Shown: positions 10,481 to 20,845, counted from the first letter of the stretch. The stretch: 64,000 nt of DNA from Mycoplasmatota bacterium (GCA_018394315.1 CP074575.1:558001-622000), one strand, 5' to 3'. The notes: generated from the letters alone by a model not told the origin. Translations and numbers: made by a program.

Positions 10481-13279
10481 ATGGTTAAACTAGCAATCAA
10501 TGGAAAAATAATTGAATCAAGCAAAGAAAATACTATTCTTCAAGTGGCGATAGACAATAATATAGAGATACCACACATGTGCTACGATAAGAGACTAAAA
10601 TCTTACGGAGGTTGTGGGATGTGTGTTGTTGAAGTTGAAGGTTCTTCTAAATTGATGAGAGCCTGCTCAACCAATGTTTACGAAGGAATGGTAATTGAGA
10701 CTCATACTAAGAGAACCCATGATGCTAGAAAAATAGCTCTTGATTTATATGTCTCAGATCATAGAGGAGATTGTCTTCCACCGTGTACATTAGGATGTCC
10801 AGCAAGAACGGATATACAAGGATATGTTGGACTTATTGCAAATGGTCAATATATTGAAGCCGTAAAACTTATTAAACAGGCTATCCCAATACCAGCCAGT
10901 ATTGGTAGAGTTTGTCCACATCCTTGTGAAAGTGAATGTAGAAGAGATATTATAGAAGAACCAATTTCAGTTGCTACACTGAAATACTTTGCAGCTGATA
11001 TTGACTTGTTTAATGAAAAGCAATATATTCCAAATATAGCAAATGACACTAATAAAAAGATAGCTATTATTGGAGCGGGTCCAGCAGGTCTTTCAGCTGC
11101 ATACTTTTTAAGAACAAAAGGGCATAATGTTTCTATTTTTGAAGCAATGGCTAAGCCTGGTGGAATGTTAAGATACGGAATTCCGGAATACCGTTTACCA
11201 AAAGACATCATAGACCGTGAAGTTGCGATTATTGAAGATATGGGAGTAAAGATTAATTATAATATTAGACTTGGAGAAGATTTGAAAGTAAAAGAGATCC
11301 AAGATAATTTTGATGCATCCTTCATAGCTATTGGAGCTTGGAAAAGTTCTTCTATGAGATGTAAAGGAGAAGACTTAAACGGTGTAATTGGTGGAATTGA
11401 CTTCTTGCAGAAAGTAGCTAAAAAAGATCTTATAGATTTAGATGAAAGAGTTGTAGTAGTCGGTGGTGGTAATACTGCTATGGATGTTGCTAGAACTTGT
11501 GTTAGATTGGGTGTTAAAGAAGTAAGAGTATTATATAGAAGAACTGAGTCTGAAATGCCAGCTCAAGTCTTTGAGATACAGGAAGCTAAAGAAGAAGGAG
11601 TTATCTTTGATTTTTTAGTAGCTCCTATTGAAGTTACTGAAAAGAACGGAGTAGCTTCTGGAGTTATTTGTCAAAAAATGGAATTGGGTAAACCTGATGC
11701 AAGTGGAAGAAGAAGACCAATTCCAATTGAAGGAGAAACAACTTATTTTGAGACTAGTACAATTATTTCAGCAATTGGACAAAAAGTAACATTAGGTAAT
11801 ATCCAAGGAATTGAAACAACTGACTGGGGAACAATAGTTGTTGATGAATTAACTTACCAAACTAATATTGAGGGAATCTTCTCAGGTGGAGATTCAGTTA
11901 CAGGGCCAAAAGATGCAATTGATGCAATTGCTGCAGGTAAGAATGCAGCCAATGTAATAAATAGTTATTTGAATGGACATATAGTTCCTCGTTTTGAACA
12001 AAGATTAATAAGAAGAGACGATATGACAATTAGTGATTATCCTGATGTTAAGTCTAATCCAAGAGTTCAAAACAAAATAATCAATCCTGAGATAAGAAAG
12101 ACAAACTTTGATAAAGTGATACATAATTACACTGAACAAGAAGCATTATCTGAAGCTTCAAGATGTTTGGAGTGTGGTTGCAAAGATGTTTTTGAATGTG
12201 ATTTATTAAAGAATATTAAAGAACATAAAATTGATACTAATTTTGAACATGGTGAACAACATCGAAGAGTTCAAATAGATGATCATCCATTTATCCAAAG
12301 AGATTCTGATAAATGTATACAATGTGCACAATGTGTTAGAGTTTGTGATGAAGTAGTCGGAGCAACTGTTTTAGGGATTGTTGATAGAGGATTTGAGTCT
12401 TTAATTGTTCCTGAATCTTGTCTACCGTTATCTGAAACTAGTTGTGTTTCGTGTGGTGCATGTATTGACATATGTCCAACAGGAGCTTTAAAAGAAAGAC
12501 TGATTAACTCTAAGGAAATACCATTAGATTTTGACAGCACTGACTCAGTATGTACTCATTGTAGTTTAGGTTGCTTAGTTACATATCATTATAAAGACAA
12601 TAGAATATATAGAGTTACTCCTAATAATGATGATGGAGTGCTATGTGTGAAAGGTAAGTTTGAATTCGAGTACATCAATAGTGATGAAAGAATTACTGAA
12701 CCTATTATAAAGGATAGTTTTGATTCTTCTAAACTAGATAAGGTTGGATTTATCTTGTCACCTAGTTTGTTGAACGAAGATTTTATAGAAATTAAAGAAT
12801 TAGCAAATAAACTAGGAACTAATTATATTGGTACAACAGTTAAAAATATAGAAGAAGAAATAGATTTAGATAAATTATCAAGAAGAGAAAGAATAGATTT
12901 GATTACTAGTAGTTCATCTATATATAAACAAGATCTAAACAGCGGTGGAGCAAATAAAGCAAACTTGATGACTGGATCTGAAATTATATCTAAAATAAAG
13001 AGTGGTGATATTAAGAATTTAGTCTTGGTAGGAGTAACTGTTTCAAAAGAATTATTGGCATTAGTTGATGGACTTGATAATTTAATTGTTATGAGTTTAT
13101 TCTATGATGAATCATTAAAAAATGCAGATGTTATACTTCCATTAAGAACTAGTATTGAAAGAAGTGGGAATATTACTAGAATTGATGGTAAAAATGTAGA
13201 AATAACAAAGGTATTAGATTTATTATCAAGTAAAAGTAATAAAGAGGAACTAGAGAAAGTCTTTAAATTAAGTTATTAG
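10481..13279 (+). CDS. Fusion oxidoreductase: NuoG-like [2Fe-2S] + GltD/NfnB-like FAD/NAD(P) domain + ferredoxin + shortened molybdopterin-oxidoreductase domain (StnC/NfnABC-like)
   Basis: IPHMC..GGCGMCVVE, PCTLGCP, GRVCPHPCE, IIGAGPAG, VVVGGGNTAMD, CIQCAQCVRVC, CVSCGACIDICP, CTHCSLGC..LCVKG; no H-cluster motifs. Confidence 0.85.
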   Translation: MVKLAINGKIIESSKENTILQVAIDNNIEIPHMCYDKRLKSYGGCGMCVVEVEGSSKLMRACSTNVYEGMVIETHTKRTHDARKIALDLYVSDHRGDCLPPCTLGCPARTDIQGYVGLIANGQYIEAVKLIKQAIPIPASIGRVCPHPCESECRRDIIEEPISVATLKYFAADIDLFNEKQYIPNIANDTNKKIAIIGAGPAGLSAAYFLRTKGHNVSIFEAMAKPGGMLRYGIPEYRLPKDIIDREVAIIEDMGVKINYNIRLGEDLKVKEIQDNFDASFIAIGAWKSSSMRCKGEDLNGVIGGIDFLQKVAKKDLIDLDERVVVVGGGNTAMDVARTCVRLGVKEVRVLYRRTESEMPAQVFEIQEAKEEGVIFDFLVAPIEVTEKNGVASGVICQKMELGKPDASGRRRPIPIEGETTYFETSTIISAIGQKVTLGNIQGIETTDWGTIVVDELTYQTNIEGIFSGGDSVTGPKDAIDAIAAGKNAANVINSYLNGHIVPRFEQRLIRRDDMTISDYPDVKSNPRVQNKIINPEIRKTNFDKVIHNYTEQEALSEASRCLECGCKDVFECDLLKNIKEHKIDTNFEHGEQHRRVQIDDHPFIQRDSDKCIQCAQCVRVCDEVVGATVLGIVDRGFESLIVPESCLPLSETSCVSCGACIDICPTGALKERLINSKEIPLDFDSTDSVCTHCSLGCLVTYHYKDNRIYRVTPNNDDGVLCVKGKFEFEYINSDERITEPIIKDSFDSSKLDKVGFILSPSLLNEDFIEIKELANKLGTNYIGTTVKNIEEEIDLDKLSRRERIDLITSSSSIYKQDLNSGGANKANLMTGSEIISKIKSGDIKNLVLVGVTVSKELLALVDGLDNLIVMSLFYDESLKNADVILPLRTSIERSGNITRIDGKNVEITKVLDLLSSKSNKEELEKVFKLSY

Positions 13280-13437
13280 TTGGTTCTGTTTATATTTAGT
13301 TTCTATTCTAACTTACTGTTTGAAAAAGTGTGAATAGTTTGTATATAAACTAATACTGTTTTCCTTTGACTATTATTAAATTAATTGTTAAAATTTTAAG
13401 TGGATTGAAAATAAAATGATAGAAAAGAGAAAGTGAT

Positions 13438-14841
13438 ATGAAGTATGATTGTGTAATAATAGGTGCAGGGCCAGCGGGTATTTTTACTGCATACGAATTA
13501 ATGCTGAAAGCACCTGATTTAAAAGTACTATTAGTAGATAAGGGTCGGGATATATATTCAAGAAATTGTCCTATTTTGACTAAACAAATTGAGAAATGTC
13601 CACAAGGAGGTTGTAAACCTGCTTGCTCGATTACAAGTGGTTTTGGTGGAGCAGGTGCCTACTCAGATGGTAAGTTCAACATCACAAGTGAATTCGGTGG
13701 ATGGATGAACAACTATTTAGACAATGCAACTGTTGAGAAATTAATTAACTATGTAGATTCAATTAATCTTAAACATGGTGCTACTTCTTCAATCACTGAT
13801 CCATATACAGAAGAAGTAAAAGAGATCGAAAGATTGGGATATGGTCACGGACTTAAGTTATTAAGAGCGAAATTAAGACACTTAGGAACTGAACAAAATT
13901 TACAAATACTCCAAAGTATTTATGAAGAAATGAAAGGTAAAATAGATTTTAATTTCGGTAAAAAAGTAAGTGAAATTGTTGTTAAAGACGATAGAGTTAA
14001 AGGTGTCAAGTTGAATGGAGATTATATTGAAGCAAATTATGTAGTGGTTGTTACTGGAAGAGACGGCTCTGAGTGGATGAAAGACAAGTTAGACGAATTT
14101 GGAGTTGAGTTTACAAATAACCAAGTTGACATCGGAGTTAGGGTGGAAACTAATGATATTATAATGGAAAAAATCAATCAACATCTATATGAAGGTAAAT
14201 TCATCTTTAGAACTAGTGTAGGAACTACTGTGAGAACTTTTTGTTCTAACCCTAGTGGTCATGTTGTTGTAGAAAATCATAGTGGGATTATGCTTGCAAA
14301 CGGTCATGCTTATAAAGACGAAGCTTTGGGAAGCAACAATACTAATTTCGCATTGCTAGTATCACATTCTTTTGCTCATCCATTTAATCAACCAAATGAG
14401 TTTGCAAGAGAAGTTTCTAAATTAGCAAACAGGTTATCAAACGGATCAATTATTGTACAAAAGTATGGTGATATCAAAGCAGGTAGAAGAACAACCGAAA
14501 AAAGGCTAGCGGAAGGATTTGTGAATCCAACATTAGCAACAGCGGTACCAGGAGATTTGGGATTAGTATTACCTTATAATACAATGAAATCATTAATTGA
14601 AATGACAGAGGCTTTAGATTATGTGACACCGGGTATAGCTAGCGAACATACATTGTTTTATGGAGTAGAGGCTAAATTCTATTCTGCTAGACCAAAGGTA
14701 AATGAAAAATTCGAAACTAAAGTATCAGGTTTATATGTTGGCGGTGATGGAGCGGGTATAACTAGAGGTTTAGCTCAAGCAGGCGCCAATGGAATATGGA
14801 TAGCTAGAGACATTATTGACAAGACAAATAAACTAATATAA
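13438..14841 (+). CDS. Uncharacterised FAD-dependent oxidoreductase (COG2509-like)
   Basis: IIGAGPAG, GFGGAGAYSDGK, RTFCSNPSG, GDGAGITRGL. Confidence 0.82.
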   Translation: MKYDCVIIGAGPAGIFTAYELMLKAPDLKVLLVDKGRDIYSRNCPILTKQIEKCPQGGCKPACSITSGFGGAGAYSDGKFNITSEFGGWMNNYLDNATVEKLINYVDSINLKHGATSSITDPYTEEVKEIERLGYGHGLKLLRAKLRHLGTEQNLQILQSIYEEMKGKIDFNFGKKVSEIVVKDDRVKGVKLNGDYIEANYVVVVTGRDGSEWMKDKLDEFGVEFTNNQVDIGVRVETNDIIMEKINQHLYEGKFIFRTSVGTTVRTFCSNPSGHVVVENHSGIMLANGHAYKDEALGSNNTNFALLVSHSFAHPFNQPNEFAREVSKLANRLSNGSIIVQKYGDIKAGRRTTEKRLAEGFVNPTLATAVPGDLGLVLPYNTMKSLIEMTEALDYVTPGIASEHTLFYGVEAKFYSARPKVNEKFETKVSGLYVGGDGAGITRGLAQAGANGIWIARDIIDKTNKLI

Positions 14842-14877
14842 GATAATTATGTAATTGTGAAAAGGCTCAAACAACGC

Positions 14878-14916
14878 GGATCCACAATAAGTTTTTAACT
14901 TATATGGATCTTTTTT
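14878..14916 (+). terminator. Terminator-like hairpin between oxidoreductase and purA
   Basis: GGATCCA..ATAAGTT/AACTTAT..TGGATCT followed by T run. Confidence 0.55.
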
Positions 14917-14946
14917 ATTCATATAAGAAATCAAAGGAGGATTTTT

Positions 14947-16221
14947 ATGAGTAATGTTGTAGTAGTAGGTACACAATGGGGAGACGAGGGAAAAGGTAAA
15001 ATTACTGATTTTCTTGCTCAAAGAGCGGATGTTGTGGTTCGTTATCAAGGTGGTAATAATGCTGGACACACTATTGTATTTAACGGAGAAAAGTTCGCAT
15101 TACATTTATTACCAAGTGGAGTATTATCGCCAGATAAAATAAATATTATGGCAAATGGTATGGTAATTAACCCTGAAGCATTGATTTCAGAGATCGATGG
15201 ATTAAAGGAAAGAGGAATTACCGATTTTGATTTGAGAATCTCAAATAGAGCGCATATTGTATTTCCTTATCATATTGAACTTGATTCAGCGTTTGAGAAC
15301 ACAGGTTCTGATAAGATAGGAACAACTAAAAGGGGAATAGGTCCCACTTATACTGATAAAGCATTTAGAAGTGGTTTAAGAATGGGTGACTTATTAGACT
15401 TAGATTATTTTAAAAACCGTTTAAAAGCAGCTTTAGATATAAAGAACAACGTTCTTAAGATGATGAATAGAGAGACTATCAATTTTGATGATTTATATCA
15501 AAAATATTTAGGTTATAGAGAAATTATAAAAAACTATATATGTGATACATCGGTATTATTAAATGAATTACTCGAGGATAAAAAGGTTTTATTTGAGGGT
15601 GCTCAAGGTGTAATGTTATGTATTGATCATGGGACTTACCCATTTGTAACAAGTTCATCACCAACAGCAGCTTCAGTACCTTTATATACCGGTATTGCAC
15701 CAAGACATATAAATAATGTATTAGGTATTATAAAAGCATACACTACTAGAGTGGGTGAAGGGGCATTTCCTACTGAATTCAGTAATGATGTAGCAGATAA
15801 AATTCGTAAAACAGGAAATGAGTATGGTACTTCTACAGGTCGTCCACGTAGAATTGGATGGCTTGATTTAGTTGTATTAAACCACACAAAACGTGTTAGT
15901 GGAATAACAGGATTGAGTGTGATGTTATTAGATGTATTAAGCGGAATACAAACATTAAAAATTTGCGTGGCATATAAATATAAAGGTGAAATTATTAATG
16001 TTATGCCATCAATAGTAGATCACTTAAATGAGTGTGAACCTGTATATATTGAAATGCCAGGATGGCAAGAAGATATTACTGAAGTGACTAGTTTTGATGA
16101 GCTACCAATGAATGCTAAGAATTATTTAAATAAAATACAGGAGTTAACTGGTATAAATGTAAAAATGTTCTCAGTAGGACCTGATAGAAAGCAAACAATT
16201 GAGGTAGAGAAAGTTTTATAA
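14947..16221 (+). CDS. purA: Adenylosuccinate synthetase
   Basis: QWGDEGKGK, RYQGGNNAGHT, GTTKRGIGP, FEGAQG, GRPRRIGWLD. Confidence 0.98.
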   Translation: MSNVVVVGTQWGDEGKGKITDFLAQRADVVVRYQGGNNAGHTIVFNGEKFALHLLPSGVLSPDKINIMANGMVINPEALISEIDGLKERGITDFDLRISNRAHIVFPYHIELDSAFENTGSDKIGTTKRGIGPTYTDKAFRSGLRMGDLLDLDYFKNRLKAALDIKNNVLKMMNRETINFDDLYQKYLGYREIIKNYICDTSVLLNELLEDKKVLFEGAQGVMLCIDHGTYPFVTSSSPTAASVPLYTGIAPRHINNVLGIIKAYTTRVGEGAFPTEFSNDVADKIRKTGNEYGTSTGRPRRIGWLDLVVLNHTKRVSGITGLSVMLLDVLSGIQTLKICVAYKYKGEIINVMPSIVDHLNECEPVYIEMPGWQEDITEVTSFDELPMNAKNYLNKIQELTGINVKMFSVGPDRKQTIEVEKVL

Positions 16222-16261
16222 TGAGTAAAGAATGAGCTAATAAAATAGAAGGAGGACTTAT

Positions 16262-17926
16262 ATGTACAAGTCAGATTTAGAAATTGCTCAAGAAGTTACT
16301 ATGAAGCCTATTTCGGAAATAGCTAGTAAGCTAGGATTAGGAGAGGATGACTTAGAGTTATATGGTAAATATAAAGCTAAGGTAAATCCAGATGTAAAAG
16401 TAGACAGAAATGGGAAAGTAATTTTGGTAACAGCAATTAATCCTACACCAGCTGGTGAAGGAAAAACTACAGTTACTGTAGGATTAGGTCAAGCATTTGG
16501 TCAATTAGGAAAGAATTCGATAATTGCATTACGCGAACCATCATTTGGACCTGTAATGGGTATTAAGGGAGGAGCAGCAGGAGGAGGATATTCTCAAGTT
16601 GTACCAATGGAAGATTTAAATCTTCATTTCACTGGTGATATTCATGCAATCACTACTGCAAATAATGCAATTAGTGCTATTCTTGATAATCACTTACATC
16701 AAGGAAACGAATTAAACATTGACCAAAGAAGAATAGTTTGGAAGAGATGCTTAGACATGAATGATCGAGCATTGAGATTTGTAAATGTTGGGCTAGGTGG
16801 ACACACAAACGGAATTCCTAGAGAAGATGGATTTAATATTACAGTAGCAAGTGAAATTATGGCCGTACTATGCTTAGCTAGTGATATCGAAGATCTAAAA
16901 GAAAGAATTAAGAGAATGGTTGTAGCTTATACTTTTGATAGAAAACCAGTAACAGTTGGTGACTTAGGTTGCGAAGGTGCAGTGACATTAATCTTAAAAG
17001 ATGCTATAAAGCCAAACTTAGTTCAAACATTAGAACACACACCTGCATTAGTACATGGTGGACCATTTGCAAATATTGCTCATGGATGTAATAGTATCAT
17101 CGCTACTAACCTGGGTAGAAAGATGGCTGATTATGTGATTACTGAGGCAGGATTTGGTGCTGATTTAGGTGCTGAAAAATTCTTAAACATAAAGACAAGA
17201 AATGCCGGTTTTTCTCCGAGTGCAGTTGTAGTTGTTGCGACAATTAGAGCATTAAAAATGCATGGTGGTGTAAATAAAAAAGAACTACAACCTGAAAATG
17301 TAGAAGCACTAAAATCTGGTATAGAAAACTTAGCAAAACACTTGGATTCAATTTCAAAATTTAATGTTCCTTATGTTGTAGCTATTAATAAGTTTGTAAC
17401 TGACTCAGATGCTGAAATTGCTTTTATTAAAGAATGGTGCGAAGAAAATGGTCACCCAGTAGAATTAATTGAAGTATGGGCAAAAGGTGGAAGCGGTGCA
17501 GTTAATTTAGCTGAAAGAGTTTTACAAAGAATTGAAGAAGCTGATGGTGTAAACACTTTTACCCATTTGTATGAACTAGATGAATCACTAGAAGATAAAA
17601 TTAATAAAATTGCTACTAACATTTATGGAGCTGATGGAGTTGAATTTACTTCAAAAGCTAAAACTCAATTAAGAACATTTAAACGTAATGGATGGGATAA
17701 ACTAGCTGTTTGTATGGCTAAGACTCCTGCATCATTAACTGATAATCCAAAACTATATGGTAGACCGAAAGGGTTCAAAATTACTGTAAGAGAGTTAAGA
17801 CCAAGTATTGGTGCGGGATTCATAGTTGCGCTAACTGGTGATGTTATGACAATGCCAGGACTTCCAAAACAACCTGCTGCATTAAGAATGGATGTAGTTG
17901 ATGGTAAAGCGGAAGGGTTATTCTAA
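16262..17926 (+). CDS. fhs: Formate-tetrahydrofolate ligase
   Basis: [46 protein letters not shown]. Confidence 0.98.
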   Translation: MYKSDLEIAQEVTMKPISEIASKLGLGEDDLELYGKYKAKVNPDVKVDRNGKVILVTAINPTPAGEGKTTVTVGLGQAFGQLGKNSIIALREPSFGPVMGIKGGAAGGGYSQVVPMEDLNLHFTGDIHAITTANNAISAILDNHLHQGNELNIDQRRIVWKRCLDMNDRALRFVNVGLGGHTNGIPREDGFNITVASEIMAVLCLASDIEDLKERIKRMVVAYTFDRKPVTVGDLGCEGAVTLILKDAIKPNLVQTLEHTPALVHGGPFANIAHGCNSIIATNLGRKMADYVITEAGFGADLGAEKFLNIKTRNAGFSPSAVVVVATIRALKMHGGVNKKELQPENVEALKSGIENLAKHLDSISKFNVPYVVAINKFVTDSDAEIAFIKEWCEENGHPVELIEVWAKGGSGAVNLAERVLQRIEEADGVNTFTHLYELDESLEDKINKIATNIYGADGVEFTSKAKTQLRTFKRNGWDKLAVCMAKTPASLTDNPKLYGRPKGFKITVRELRPSIGAGFIVALTGDVMTMPGLPKQPAALRMDVVDGKAEGLF

Positions 17927-17953
17927 ACAAAATAAAGATAAAAAATATAAAAG

Positions 17954-17987
17954 AAACGAGGCTTTCAGATTAAAAAGTCTCGTTTTA
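17954..17987 (+). terminator. Intrinsic terminator after fhs, at the left border of the array
   Basis: AAACGAGGCTTT...AAAGTCTCGTTTT. Confidence 0.7.
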
Positions 17988-18075
17988 ATTTTAATAAAGA
18001 AAATATTAATTATTCTTAATTGAGTAGTGATTCTTAACTTCAATTTCACCATGAAAGGTGTTTTTCAGTGATACA

Positions 18076-18090
18076 CGGATTTTCAATCCG
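18076..18090 (+). repeat. Array site 1 (CGGATT-TTC-AATCCG, perfect 6-bp inverted arms)
   Basis: gatacaCGGATTTTCAATCCG; preceded by CACC-atgaaa-GGTG hairpin at 18047-18060. Confidence 0.93.
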
Positions 18091-18170
18091 AGAAATGAAA
18101 AATATTTCCCAACCCTCGTAATATGAACTATTATACATGTGTTCCAATCATTATTAAATATACGACAATA

Positions 18171-18662
18171 CTAAATAAACTTTTCATAGGAAACTGCATA
18201 TTCTTTAAAGCCATTTCGTTCATATACTTTTTTAGCATTATTGTTCCACGAATAAACATGTAGTTTAACTCTATTAATTCCTCTTTCCTTCATCCACTTA
18301 ATTGATTCATCTAGTAGTCTTTGTCCTAATCCAAACCCTCTTGCTATATCATCTACATATATTTCGTCAAGTAACCCCATCATACCAGTTCCATTATCTG
18401 AAGTATCAACCTGTTGAAATATTCTACTCAGTGTATATCCTACAGTCTTTCCCTCTAATTCTGCAATCAATATCATTGTATTTTCACTTCGATTATTAAA
18501 CGTTACTTCAGCTTTTTTTTGTACTGATTTAACAACTAAATTGTAGTCATCATTTTTAGATTTATCAGTATGATTGTCTCGACTGAATTTACTTAGTTTT
18601 ACTGCAAAGTCAACAAACGTATTTTTGTCACTACATACCGCTTTTCTTACTATTACTTCCAT
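18171..18662 (-). CDS. GNAT family N-acetyltransferase (cassette cargo)
   Basis: IYVDDIARGFGLGQRLL acetyl-CoA motif, NNNAKKVYERNGF; GGAGG RBS. Confidence 0.88.
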   Translation of the reverse strand: MEVIVRKAVCSDKNTFVDFAVKLSKFSRDNHTDKSKNDDYNLVVKSVQKKAEVTFNNRSENTMILIAELEGKTVGYTLSRIFQQVDTSDNGTGMMGLLDEIYVDDIARGFGLGQRLLDESIKWMKERGINRVKLHVYSWNNNAKKVYERNGFKEYAVSYEKFI

Positions 18663-18770
18663 GATTTTATCCTCCGATTATACTTATTTCTAAAAGAATT
18701 CAATGAATAGTATATCACAATCAGAATAAAACACCTATAGAAGGTGTTATTTCATTAATCTGGAGACATA

Positions 18771-18784
18771 CGGATTTTCAATCC
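18771..18784 (+). repeat. Array site 2
   Basis: gacataCGGATTTTCAATCC; AACACCT-atag-AAGGTGTT hairpin about 25 bp to the left. Confidence 0.93.
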
Positions 18785-18801
18785 ATAAGTACTTATTAGA
18801 T

Positions 18802-19230
18802 TTATGTCCATTTTCCAATAAAATCAGCTTCATCTAAATCACTAGTTGTTATATACTCTAATTTAATTGCTTCTTCTATTGATAACAATGAATCATTAAT
18901 ATGCACAAAAATAGGTTGTCTATTTATCCAATCTGGATTACATCCAGCACTAGTAAAATATACCCATGTAATTCCATCTTTGACATATAATGGATGTTCC
19001 ATTCCTGCTTCGCAAGGTCCCCATTCATGTTCATATATTTCATAGCCAGCCAGAGTTTTACCCTTATTAAACAATAAGTATGAATTATCTGGAATCATAA
19101 CTGTCATACAGTCATAAGTATCATCATGTATACACTCTTGAATATAGTCTGGTAATGTATTAATTTTCACACTATCAGAAACACAACCAGATAATAACAT
19201 CAAAGTTACTAATACTAAGATACTCTTCAT
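18802..19230 (-). CDS. Hypothetical lipoprotein (cassette cargo)
   Basis: Signal peptide with lipobox LSGC; GGAGGAG RBS. Confidence 0.78.
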   Translation of the reverse strand: MKSILVLVTLMLLSGCVSDSVKINTLPDYIQECIHDDTYDCMTVMIPDNSYLLFNKGKTLAGYEIYEHEWGPCEAGMEHPLYVKDGITWVYFTSAGCNPDWINRQPIFVHINDSLLSIEEAIKLEYITTSDLDEADFIGKWT

Positions 19231-19254
19231 AATTGCTCCTCCTTTATAGACACA

Positions 19255-19268
19255 CGGATTTTCAATCC
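19255..19268 (+). repeat. Array site 3
   Basis: gacacaCGGATTTTCAATCC. Confidence 0.93.
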
Positions 19269-19340
19269 AATCATTACTGTATTATATGTCATCATAAAAA
19301 TAGTTATCTAGGACATCATATATGCAAACCATGATGACAG

Positions 19341-19919
19341 TTAACGTTCAACTGGTAGTGATCCATGATTTTTATCATTTTTATAGTATGTAGTAATTTC
19401 AATCACTAGGAAACAAATAAGAACTATATCTCTAATAACAATTATTAAATTTGTACTTGCATACATAGTTACCGTAATACCTATAGCGCTTACAAAAATA
19501 AACAATAAAGTAATTATCCCGAATATACCAGATATTAATATAACATTATTTTTAGAATATTTATAATTTAATATATAAGCAACCAATACAAATAACAGAT
19601 CAAAAAACAAATATACAATACTGAAAATAGGAAGTACATCTTCAACAAAAATTTCAACAGAAAAGAAACTTGCCAAGAAAACTTTAATGACTGAAGATAG
19701 AAAAGCATAAACTAAAGGAAGCAAAAATAATAAAGCAATCCTTTTGGGATTTCCTAATTCTATAGTATAAATGGTTAATGAAATAAAAAACAACATACTT
19801 ACTAAGAATACATAAAAATAAAATTGACCCGTTGTTAATACAAAGCCATCTGTTAATGCAAAGCCATCTGATAATGCAAAGCCATCTGAGTTAAGTCGAT
19901 AAAAAAATAGAAAATTCAT
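19341..19919 (-). CDS. Hypothetical multi-pass membrane protein (cassette cargo); true start may be an in-frame ATA at 19967
   Basis: Several hydrophobic segments; AGGAGG lies 5 nt upstream of the in-frame ATA. Confidence 0.72.
   Translation of the reverse strand: MNFLFFYRLNSDGFALSDGFALTDGFVLTTGQFYFYVFLVSMLFFISLTIYTIELGNPKRIALLFLLPLVYAFLSSVIKVFLASFFSVEIFVEDVLPIFSIVYLFFDLLFVLVAYILNYKYSKNNVILISGIFGIITLLFIFVSAIGITVTMYASTNLIIVIRDIVLICFLVIEITTYYKNDKNHGSLPVER
19833..19886. repeat. Three tandem 18-bp in-frame repeats
   Basis: TGTTAATACAAAGCCATC / TGTTAATGCAAAGCCATC / TGATAATGCAAAGCCATC encoding DGFALS-DGFALT-DGFVLT. Confidence 0.9.
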
Positions 19920-20011
19920 TATAACACTGACAATAATTATCGCTAAGAAGAATAATTTACCTTTTATAAGTACCTCCTATAAATAGTATTTTAATTTTAA
20001 TGAACGACTTA

Positions 20012-20025
20012 CGGATTTTCAATCC
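20012..20025 (+). repeat. Array site 4
   Basis: gacttaCGGATTTTCAATCC. Confidence 0.93.
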
Positions 20026-20066
20026 TATTAATCCATTTTAGGTGCTTTAATACAAGGTTTAGTAAT

Positions 20067-20600
20067 TCAGCTTTCTTCCGAAATCTTTGTATAATGGTAG
20101 TTATTCGGTATTCTGATAAACCCTCTTATATGGTTGTCCTTTTTTCTCTCAACAATACCAGATACATTATTTATATTACCTTCTGCTGTGATTAAAGTGT
20201 CTATTTTGTTCTCTAAAACTATTCCTATATGGTCATGAGGTTGATTACAAAATACCTCATTATAGAGAACTATATCTCCTTTTTCAGGTGTGAATTTTCT
20301 ATTATTAGAAAAGTAAAATTTATTTTCAGGAAGGCTTGCCCATAACTCCCATGCACTACAGCCTGCAAAGTTACAAACCACTTTTTCGTCAGGATATTTT
20401 ACTGGCAAAGTAAACCCTGTTTTGATACAACAATAATAAACAAATGCAGCACACCACTTATTATCCCAGTTTTCTAAAGTCCACTTTGGGAACAAGTCTG
20501 CAATTGGTCCTATATTTGATTTAATCCCCATTACATTTCCATAAAAACTTTTCTGTGCTTCTTGTTTTGCGATTAGAGCTAATCTCTCTCTTTTTGTCAT
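20067..20600 (-). CDS. CHAP/NlpC-P60-like cysteine amidase domain protein (cassette cargo)
   Basis: WCAAFVYYC, PEKGDIVLY, DHIGIV, TAEGN; start at MTKRER after GGAGG. Confidence 0.8.
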   Translation of the reverse strand: MTKRERLALIAKQEAQKSFYGNVMGIKSNIGPIADLFPKWTLENWDNKWCAAFVYYCCIKTGFTLPVKYPDEKVVCNFAGCSAWELWASLPENKFYFSNNRKFTPEKGDIVLYNEVFCNQPHDHIGIVLENKIDTLITAEGNINNVSGIVERKKDNHIRGFIRIPNNYHYTKISEES

Positions 20601-20656
20601 TTTTCCTCCTACACTAAAATTTCGTATATTATATATAAGACTGTAACCAAGACACA

Positions 20657-20670
20657 CGGATTTTCAATCA
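20657..20670 (+). repeat. Array site 5 (1 mismatch)
   Basis: gacacaCGGATTTTCAATCA. Confidence 0.9.
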
Positions 20671-20811
20671 ATTACTTTCTATTCTTACTGACACCAAACC
20701 TTGGATTCCTATGTATAACATCATTATTGTTATAAACCCTTCTTGTTCAATAATAGCCATAATTATACAGAAAATGTAAGCTGTCTGAAAAATATTTTTA
20801 ATAACATTCAT
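20668..20811 (-). CDS. 47-aa hydrophobic small protein, not in the ORF track; sole content of the smallest unit
   Basis: AGAGGGAG RBS, ATG, MNVIKNIFQTAYIFCIIMAIIEQEGFITIMMLYIGIQGLVSVRIESN; TGA stop overlaps site 5. Confidence 0.6.
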   Translation of the reverse strand: MNVIKNIFQTAYIFCIIMAIIEQEGFITIMMLYIGIQGLVSVRIESN

Positions 20812-20828
20812 TTTCTCCCTCTAACATT

Positions 20829-20842
20829 CGGTTTTTCAATCC
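20829..20842 (+). repeat. Array site 6 (1 mismatch)
   Basis: aacattCGGTTTTTCAATCC. Confidence 0.88.
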
Positions 20843-20845
20843 CTT

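Noticed and set aside
10481..13279. [FeFe]-hydrogenase or formate dehydrogenase catalytic subunit
   Set aside because: No H-cluster motifs, and the molybdopterin domain is too short for a catalytic FdhA.
13402..13412. GGATTGAAAAT in the opposite orientation upstream of the FAD oxidoreductase
   Set aside because: Lacks the CCG arm and flanks, lies in AT-rich promoter DNA outside the array; plausibly chance.
14842..14946. Purine riboswitch upstream of purA
   Set aside because: Only a terminator-like hairpin is visible; conserved aptamer motifs are absent.
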